From Octopus bimaculoides (taxonomy: Eukaryota): a stretch of 43,387 bases of DNA. Below the pieces are notes generated by a model. The model was given only the letters and a program-made list of their open reading frames with translations, ran no database searches and was not told where the DNA came from. The stretch spans positions 46,848,651-46,892,037 of the forward strand of contig NC_068996.1 in the NCBI RefSeq assembly GCF_001194135.2. Reading direction: 5' to 3'. Within the stretch, counting starts at the first letter, position 1; each line of letters starts with the position of its first letter. The translations under genes were made by a program, and so were the position numbers. This document shows positions 34,650-43,387 of the stretch, one piece after another.

Positions 34650-36075
34650 NNNNNNNNNNNNNNNNNNNNNNNNNNNNNNNNNNNNNNNNNNNNNNNNNNN
34701 NNNNNNNNNNNNNNNNNNNNNNNNNNNNNNNNNNNNNNNNNNNNNNNNNNNNNNNNNNNNNNNNNNNNNNNNNNNNNNNNNNNNNNNNNNNNNNNNNNNN
34801 NNNNNNNNNNNNNNNNNNNNNNNNNNNNNNNNNNNNNNNNNNNNNNNNNNNNNNNNNNNNNNNNNNNNNNNNNNNNNNNNNNNNNNNNNNNNNNNNNNNN
34901 NNNNNNNNNNNNNNNNNNNNNNNNNNNNNNNNNNNNNNNNNNNNNNNNNNNNNNNNNNNNNNNNNNNNNNNNNNNNNNNNNNNNNNNNNNNNNNNNNNNN
35001 NNNNNNNNNNNNNNNNNNNNNNNNNNNNNNNNNNNNNNNNNNNNNNNNNNNNNNNNNNNNNNNNNNNNNNNNNNNNNNNNNNNNNNNNNNNNNNNNNNNN
35101 NNNNNNNNNNNNNNNNNNNNNNNNNNNNNNNNNNNNNNNNNNNNNNNNNNNNNNNNNNNNNNNNNNNNNNNNNNNNNNNNNNNNNNNNNNNNNNNNNNNN
35201 NNNNNNNNNNNNNNNNNNNNNNNNNNNNNNNNNNNNNNNNNNNNNNNNNNNNNNNNNNNNNNNNNNNNNNNNNNNNNNNNNNNNNNNNNNNNNNNNNNNN
35301 NNNNNNNNNNNNNNNNNNNNNNNNNNNNNNNNNNNNNNNNNNNNNNNNNNNNNNNNNNNNNNNNNNNNNNNNNNNNNNNNNNNNNAGAGAAGAGATCGTT
35401 TCACAGTTAAGAGTAAAGAATACTCTATTCTGATCTTCAGCTAGAGTATTCTTTACTCTTAACTGTGAAACGATTGTACTAAATTAACTAAAGGCAGGTG
35501 GTTTTTTTACTCTTCTCTACTGTTTTTTGTTCTGTGTGTATCAGAAATATCGCTATCAATTTAGAGTAATAATTTGTAGTTTTGGAATCAGTAGTTCTTT
35601 GGCTGCTATTTCTGAATTCTCAGTATGTTGGAGAAGCAGGTTACTGTCAATCCCTATATATTTATGATTATAAATGATTTTTACCGAAAAGGTTTTTTCA
35701 TACTGAGCTACCCGGCAAAATTGTTAATTATTAAGTTTATTACTAATTGACGATTCCCTGCCCTGCATATCTATATATATATGTATGTAAGTATCTATAT
35801 ATGTATGTATACAGTGGAACCTTGCTTTATGAAAACAATTTTTTGCATAAAACATCTCTTAGGTGATGAACACAGAAGCTAGCAAGAATAGTTAGCAACA
35901 AGCTGGGAGCATCATCACTAGGAGGGCATCAGTTGCTCTGTATCTTCTACTCAGTGCACATCCCTATTCGAATTTTCCATGTCTTCCCTTGAGTTTCAGT
36001 TTACGAACATTTCAGGTGATGAACAGCCTTCAGAAACGAATTTAATTCATAAAATGAAGTCCCACTGTATGTATG

Positions 36076-36131
<56 letters not shown>

Positions 36132-36229
36132 CCCTGGGACTCATAAGGTCTTTTAATTGGTTTCCATAGTGATTATAAGTGACTGAAGTAACAACATTCA
36201 TTCTCCCTGAATGGGACATTGGTCCATTG

Positions 36230-36790
36230 CAGGGAGAAGGGCAAGTCGATTACAGCAACTGCCAATATTTGACTGGTACTTTATTTCATTGATCCCAAAG
36301 GGAGAAAAGCAAAGCTAGCCTCAGCAGGATTTGAACTCAGAATATAAGGAACCACTGGAAGCAATGTCACTAAGGCATTTTGTGTGATAGGCTGATGATT
36401 CAGTCATTTTGCCACTTTATTGTGTTTTCATGTTCATCATCATAATCATCATCATCACCACCACCACCACCACCGCTGCCGCCACTACCACCACCATTTG
36501 GTGTCGCATGAATGCCCCTATGCCACACCCAGTACACTCTGTAAAGTGGCTGGTGTTAGGAAGGACATCCAGCTGTAGAAGACATACCAAATCAGAGAAT
36601 TGGAGTCTGGACAGCTGTTATTTGAAGGAGAGTTCATAGTATGTCAGTAATTTTGACTTTCATGAGGAGTGGGAAGTGTAAGGAAGCATACGGGTTTTGT
36701 AAAGGGTGTAAGTCTTCAACTAAAACCTTTTATGGCAGTGCTCCAGCATGGCTGCAGTCAAATGACTGAAAGAAGTAAAAGAATAAAAAA
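36230..36790. mobile_element. Decayed SINE A (minus, ~36230-36420), RTE tail fragment (plus, ~36490-36620) and SINE B tail (plus, ~36680-36790)
   Basis: Motif similarity to the younger copies. Confidence 0.6.
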
Positions 36791-37039
36791 AAATAATGTT
36801 TACACAAATGCACACAGAGCAGAGTATGAAACAAACACACTCTGTCATAGAGACACCCGGGTAGGTGCATAAACAATCATACAAGCACATGGATAAGCAG
36901 TTGAATAGTTGAGGTCACAAAAGAGTACATGACCTGGGAATATCTAATGTAAACAAGAAACAGAAAAACAAAAAGGGGAGATAAGCGGGAAAATTCATAA
37001 GTGGGGTATAGAGGAGAGGAAGGCGGTGGAGCTGGAGGA

Positions 37040-37420
37040 AACAAAATGGCGAAGCAGAGAAAACTGAGGCAGTTATTTATGCCATAGGGAGCAGGGGACC
37101 CAGTTTGAAAGTGCACTTCTATATGTATTTGCAGTAGCATTCAGCTGGAGGTCAGTCAAGCTGGCTCTGACCGAAGAGTTCTCCATGTCCTTCACAAATG
37201 CTGACCACATCTGATGGTCAGTAGAACAGACACTGTAGCTGCTATTCTTTGTTGAGGCGTAGACTCTAGTTTGAAAGTGAATCATTGCACTTTCTTAGAT
37301 ATCAAATCTACTTAATGCCATGATATTGGAGAATCCATAGATGTAGAGACGGTAGTGGAATGGTCCAATGTGTTGAAGTAGCAGGCTATAGCTCTGGGAA
37401 TTCCCATCATGTTGTTGTTG
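37040..37420 (-). pseudogene. Possible Penelope GIY-YIG C-terminal remnants
   Basis: PRAIACYFNTLDHS and HFQTGSPAPYGINNCLSF resemble the HFN..HS and P.G(L/I)N terminal motifs. Heavily decayed. Confidence 0.4.
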
Positions 37421-38079
37421 CCAAACAGATCTTTTCCAGTCTTCCTTGGATTCTGTACTTTTCCTTATGATTCTTTAAAATGTTTTATTCTTTACCGTAT
37501 TTTATTTACAGCTAACTCATTTATCATTAAGCGTTTCATGATACTTTTACTGTAATGTTACAAATACAGCTCCTTATTCTTACTGTCTCCAATACTTTTC
37601 TTTATTACTTATAGTTAATCTAACCTTTAGAATCGCTCTCAATGAGTCTCTTGGGTCAGCATTATTTCAATCATATATTTCAGTTCTAATATTTTATTGA
37701 CAGGCAGAATCATATTCTTGAAAAATTATTTCCATTTTATTAGTTAACCTTTTTAGATTGAGAGCAGTAACATCTCAAGGGGATCTGTATGAAAAATGTT
37801 CATAATTTGATTCAAGTTAGTTGTTTGTAAGAGGGTTAAGAGGATAGGATGGAACATTTAATAAGAGTGTCTGTGAGTAGCTAAGATATAGTAAGAATGG
37901 TAAAAGCTGAGTGGAGAGAGAGAGAGAGAGAGGAAGGGAGAGATGGGTTATTAGTGTTTATTGTTTTGGGTAATCACACTTGTTGGGCAGCCCCGATCAA
38001 GCTGACCCCTGCTGTAAAGGGGCTGGCATAGATACAACAACTTCAGCGTATTTTTACTTTTTGTTGAACATTGTTTATT

Positions 38080-38620
38080 TTATTTTTAAATTTCATTTTC
38101 ACTTGTTTCACTAGTTGGACTGTGGCTGTGCTGGGGTCAAACAAATCAATCCCAGTACATTTTTTAAAAAGTCTAGTACTTGTTATATCAGCCCCTTTTG
38201 CTGAACTGTTAAGTTGTGGCTGTCAAGTGGTGGCAAGGGACAAAGGCACACACAAACACACACACATGATGGAATTTTATAGTTTCCATTTACCACATCC
38301 ACTCAGAAGGTTCTGGTTGACCCAAAGCTGTAATCAAAAATACTTGCCCAAGGTACCATACAGTGGAACTGTACCCCAAACCATGTGGTTTGGAAGCAAA
38401 TTACTTTCCTCACAGTCATGTCTGCACTATTATCATCATCATCATCACTATCACCGTCATCATCATTATCATCATCATCATCATCATCATCATCATTGGA
38501 TGTCTATTTTCCATGTTGGCATGGGTTGGATAGTTTGACTGGAGATGGCCAACTGAAGAGCTGTCCAGGCTTCATGTCCCTTTTGGCATGGTTTCTGTGG
38601 CTGGATGCTCTTCCTAATAC
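38080..38620 (-). mobile_element. Decayed SINE B (~38080-38420) and RTE tail (~38430-38620)
   Basis: Reverse-orientation motifs and a (cat)n tail. Confidence 0.7.
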
Positions 38621-38656
38621 CAAACTATGTTTATTATTGTTTTTGTTGCTGTAGAA

Positions 38657-39347
38657 CATAGGTTCTCAACCATTTTTTTTATCAATGGACCCCTTTGATT
38701 ACTGTTTTATCCAGGTAATCCTCATAGCCATTCATCATCATCGTCATTTAACGTCCACTTTCCATGCTAGCATGGGTTGGACGATTTGACTGAGGACTGG
38801 TGAACCAGGTGGCTGCACCAGGCTCCAATCTGATTTGGCAGAGTTTCTACAGCTGGATGCCCTTCCTAATGCCAACCACTCCAAGAGTGTAGTAGGTGCT
38901 TTTACGTGTCACCCGCACGAAGGCCAGTCAGGCGGTACTGGCAACGGCCACGCTCAAAATGGTGTATTTTATGTGTCACCCGCACAAGAGCCAGTCCAGG
39001 GGCGCTGGCAACGATCTCGCTCGAAAATCCTTACACATGTCGCGGGCACAAGTGCCAGAAAGGCGATGCTGGGCACAGGTGCCATCACAATTTTGCTTCA
39101 ATATCTAAAAACTAGTCTTATAGAAACTTCTTTCAAAATCCCTATTTCATTTTTCTCACACATTAACTTGTGTAGGTTGAACTACATAAAATGTGAAAGA
39201 AAGAACCCTAGCTGTTTATTGTAATAAATACCAACTAAAGCAACATTTTTTTCAGAAACCCTCAAAAAACTATTGTAGACCCACAACTTACTATTTTGTT
39301 ATGTGAACCCTCAAAAATCTTATAAAGGCCCTGGTTGAGAATTACTT
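38657..39347. mobile_element. hAT-type MITE with a nested RTE tail (~38730-39085, minus)
   Basis: TIR cataggttctcaacc...ggttgagaattactt. Degenerate 8-bp TSD ctgtagaa/ctgttgag. Confidence 0.7.
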
Positions 39348-39512
39348 CTGTTGAGTGCCAATTTGGTTATGATAAAAGCATTCTTGTCATGACTGTCTCT
39401 TATTTTCTTACAATGCTGATAGGATTACATTTTTTATATTTATTGACAGTAAAGTGTGGTTTGTTGGAAATTTAATTACTATTTCTAGCGGATTCTGTCT
39501 GACCATGTAGAA

Positions 39513-39921
39513 CAGTGGTTCCCAACCATTTTTTACCTATGGACCCTGTACATTCCTATTTTACTTGGATTGGCCCCCATAGCTATTTGATGTTAAAAAA
39601 ATCCAATCATATTTTTATAATTAAAATATATTTTTATAATAAAAACATTATCAGGAATTGTATCAAAAATTGTTAAAATATTTTGTGTATTATTCTTTTA
39701 TTCTGTTATTTGTTTCAATCAATTGACTGTTGCCATGCTGGAGCACCGGCTTTAGTCGAGCAAATCGACCCCAGGACTTATTCTTTGTAAGCTTAGTTAT
39801 TATTCTATCGGTTTCTTTTTACCGAACCACTAAGTTATGGGAATGTAAACACACTAACATCAATTGTCAAGCGATGCTGGGGGAACAAACACAGACACAA
39901 ATAACAAATACATACATATAC

Positions 39922-39980
<59 letters not shown>

Positions 39981-40256
39981 TATATACACACACACACACA
40001 TATATATATATGATGGGCTTCTTTCAGTTTCCGTCTACCAAATTCCCTCAGAAGGCTTTGGTCGGCCCGAGGCTATAGTAGAAGACACTTGCCCAAGGTG
40101 CCATGCAGTGGGATTGAACCCAGAACCATGTGTTTGGGCAGCAAGCTTCTTACCACACAGGCACACATGTGCCTATCGTAGAAGTATGACCAATTTCTTG
40201 CAGATAAATTCTTTTTAACAACAAAATCTTATATGAACCCAGGTTGAGAACCACTG
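39513..40256. mobile_element. hAT-type MITE with a nested SINE B (~39695-40175, minus)
   Basis: TIR cagtggttcccaacc...ggttgagaaccactg. Degenerate 8-bp TSD atgtagaa/atgtggat. Confidence 0.8.
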
Positions 40257-40529
40257 ATGTGGATGTTCCCTCATTGATTCATGTAGGCATCTGGAGTAGA
40301 GGATGATGTCTTTGCAGAACTGTTGTAGCAATTAGCTTTGGTCAAGGCATATGGGTAAATCCGTGTGGGTTGTGAGAATTATGTTAATCAAAATAAAATT
40401 TATTGTTTGTAAAAACTAATAAATTTTTCAGATTATTAACCTCATTTATAATGCTGAAAAATATTAAAAAAATATTTCAAGTTATTTAAGTAATGGATAC
40501 ATACATACATACATACATACATACATACA

Positions 40530-40560
<31 letters not shown>

Positions 40561-40676
40561 TGTGTTTGTCTTCAGAGTGCCTGGTCATAATGTCAGGATG
40601 GAATGTAAAATATCATATCACTATTTTGTTCATTGGTAACTAGTAATGACATGGAATGTCAACATTTGTGCACGTA

Positions 40677-40833
40677 GGAGTGGCTGTGTGGTAAGTAGCT
40701 TGCTTATGAACCACATGGTTCTGGGTTCAGTCCCACTGCATGGCACCTTGGGCAAGTGTCTTCTACTATAGCCTCGGGCCGACTAAAGCGTTGTGAGAGG
40801 ATTTGGTAGACGTAAACTGAAAGAAGCCCGTCG

Positions 40834-40893
<60 letters not shown>

Positions 40894-41102
40894 TGTGTCT
40901 GTGGTTGTCCCTCCAACATCACTTGACAACTGATGGTGGTGTGTTTATGTCCCTGTAACTTAGCGGTTTGGCAAAAGAGACTGATAGAATAAGTACTAGG
41001 CTTACAAAGAATAAGTCCTGGAATCGACTTGCTCAACTAAAGGCGGTGCTCCAGCATGGCAACAGTGAAATTACTGAAACAAGTAAAAGAGTAAAAGAGT
41101 AT
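40677..41102 (+). mobile_element. SINE family B, full length; a further decayed head lies at ~41255-41420
   Basis: ggagtggctgtgtggtaagtagc...(TA)n(TG)n...aaacaagtaaaagagtaaaagagt. Confidence 0.9.
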
Positions 41103-41684
41103 TTACACACACATATACACACATGTACACGTATATACGCACACACATACATATGCACACATACATACATACCTAAATACATACATACATATGCACACAA
41201 ACACACACACACACACACTCGTGCACATACATACTGGTGGTGGTGTGGGGTAGGAGCAGGCGTGGCTGTGTGATAAATGATGTTTGCTTCCCAACTAAAT
41301 CGTTCTGGGATCAGACCTACTGCATGGCACCACGGGCAAATGTCTTCTACTATAGCTCCCAGACCAACTAAAGTCTTGTGATTAGAAACTGATGGCAACT
41401 GAAAGAATCCCATTACACGCACACACACACACAGACACACACATAATATAATATAATATAATATATATATGCATATATATATGTATATGTACATATATAC
41501 AATACACACATATATATGCATATATGAGTACGGGATGTCACCAATAGTTAACAACATGAAATACGAAAACAAAAGAGTTGAATACATAAACAACAAGAGA
41601 AACAAAGGATAAGTAACATATGAAGGGTTGTTCTTTTTGTTACTTGTCTTTTTTCCATTTGTTTCTCTCATTTATGTATTCAAC

Positions 41685-42129
41685 TCTTTTGACGACTGGC
41701 ACCCATGCCAACGTCATCTCCTTCATTGGAAACGAAACTCGGCTTGCGAAGACCTATTGGGGTAAGCGAAAGCAAAACCATCATGGCACTTGTGCCCAGC
41801 ATCGCCTTCCTGGCACTTGTGCCGGTGGCATGTGAAAAGACATTCGAACGAGATCGTTGCCAGTGCCGCTGAACTGGCTCCTGTGCAGGTGGCACGTAAA
41901 ATACACCATTTTGAGCGTGGCCGTTGCCAGTACCGCCTGACTGGCCTTCATGCCAGTGGCATGTAAAAGCACCCACTACACTCTCTGAGTGGTTGGCGTT
42001 AGGAAGGGCATCCAGCTGTAGAAACTCTGCCAGATCAGATTGGAGCCTGGTGTAGCCATCTGGTTTCACCAGTCCTCAGTCAAATCGTCCAACCCATGCT
42101 AACATGGAAAGCGGACATTAAATGACAAC

Positions 42130-42162
<33 letters not shown>

Positions 42163-42163
42163 A
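41685..42163 (+). mobile_element. RTE tail copy (long)
   Basis: gacgactggcacccatgccaacgtc...(gat)n; matches ~480-940. Confidence 0.9.
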
Positions 42164-42779
42164 TATATATATATAGGTAATGGTTTGGAGCTGTATACTC
42201 AACAAGCAGGAATATGAACACCTAATTGTATATCTTTACCCAACTCTGATGAGATTTAACTTTTAGATGGTTTTAATTATGGTAATTAATTTCTAAATGT
42301 CTGGAATCAAAACAGTTGTCAGAGATGATGTCTAATTTTTTAATTAATAAATAATAAAAAATTATCTCTCTATTTTCTAATCTTCTTAATATATATATAT
42401 ATATATATATAATACAGAATGGGACAAGAATGCAAAACATCCAGACAGTTTAGGTGATACAAGAAAAGGACAAAACATACAGATAGATGATACAAAGAAA
42501 ACACGGACAGGTCATTCGGAGTTTTCTCTCTTCAGTTGAGATCCAGATTATCCTTGCAATTTTTGCTGGTTATTCTCGATATTGCTCCAATCTGGCCAGC
42601 CCCAAGGAAAAACTAAGCTAAGAACATTAGATTCCTCGGAAGAAAGCAATAAATGTATACAAAAACAAGGATGAAAAAAAATGAACAATGTTACACAAAT
42701 ACAGTAAGAATAAAAACAGGACATAACAGATATATATAAATATATATATATATATCATTGATTTCACTTGGTTTAACTG

Positions 42780-43140
42780 GCAATGGCCACAACTACAGTT
42801 TCGCTTGGCTTAGCAAGTCTTCTCAAGCAGAGCATATTGCAAATGGTCTCGGTCTTTTGTCATTGCCTTTGTAACACCCAATATTTGAAGATCATGCTAC
42901 TGGCAATGGTTGTGGTTACAATTTCACAAGTGCCATTTGCATAATGCACCAATGCAGGTGCTATGTAAAAGCAGTCAATGCACTGCGTAAAGTGGTTGGC
43001 ATTAGGAAGGGCATCCAGTTGGAGAAACCATGCCAATACAGACATGGAGCCTGGGAAGCTTTTCAGCTGGCCAGCTCCTGTCAAACCATCCAACCAATGC
43101 CAGCATGGAAAACAGATTTTAGATGATGATGACGATGATT
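42780..43140. mobile_element. RTE ORF end (minus, ~42780-42875) and RTE tail copy (plus, ~42930-43140)
   Basis: gcttagcaagtcttctcaagcagagcatattgcaaatggtctcggtc, and attaggaagggcatccagttggagaaaccatgcc. Confidence 0.7.
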
Positions 43141-43387
43141 GCTAGAATGGGGGTAGCTGATGAAGGAAAATGTTCTCTATGTGGCCTGTGTGTGTTCTGT
43201 ACTCTGGTTATTATTATTTTTTGTCTACGTTTTGTTTGCAATGTCCTGTACCCAGATATGCACCTATATATACAGGTAGACGTAGGTATGCACATACCTG
43301 TACGTATATATTTTATTTATTTATTTTATTTATGTGTTTCAGCCAAGTGGCTGCGGTCATGCTGGTGCACCACTGTGATTATATATG

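Noticed and set aside
26781-35444. Long ORFs of 100-277 aa in the track
   Set aside because: They consist mostly of X residues from N gaps.
35395-35474. Perfect 33-bp hairpin
   Set aside because: It begins at a contig edge directly after a gap and is probably a foldback artefact.

Overview
AT-rich metazoan genomic DNA with N gaps, almost certainly coleoid cephalopod (Octopus-like). The organism call is inferred from the repeat families and microsatellite style. I can support one protein-coding gene, on the minus strand: a DMAC1/DUF4536-like mitochondrial membrane protein with coding exons 12753-13080 and 5072-5292 (182 aa after splicing). The ORF track misses its second exon. A likely upstream exon (16340-16451) would splice in an upstream ORF whose stop overlaps the DMAC1 start (TAATG). 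The rest is a dense transposon mosaic: RTE-clade LINE fragments plus about 17 5'-truncated copies of their repeat-bearing 3' tail, three tRNA-derived SINE families, piggyBac-type and hAT-type MITEs, and decayed mariner, Penelope (GIY-YIG) and RLE (R4/Dong-like) fragments. The most unusual structures are a ~2-kb foldback-like unit (22397-24410) and a TSD-flanked 357-bp insert carrying a 42-bp hairpin (7320-7676). Nearly all other ORFs in the track are repeat, microsatellite or N-gap artefacts. Family names are recalled from known motifs; no database search was run. Many repeat boundaries are approximate (+/-10-30 bp).
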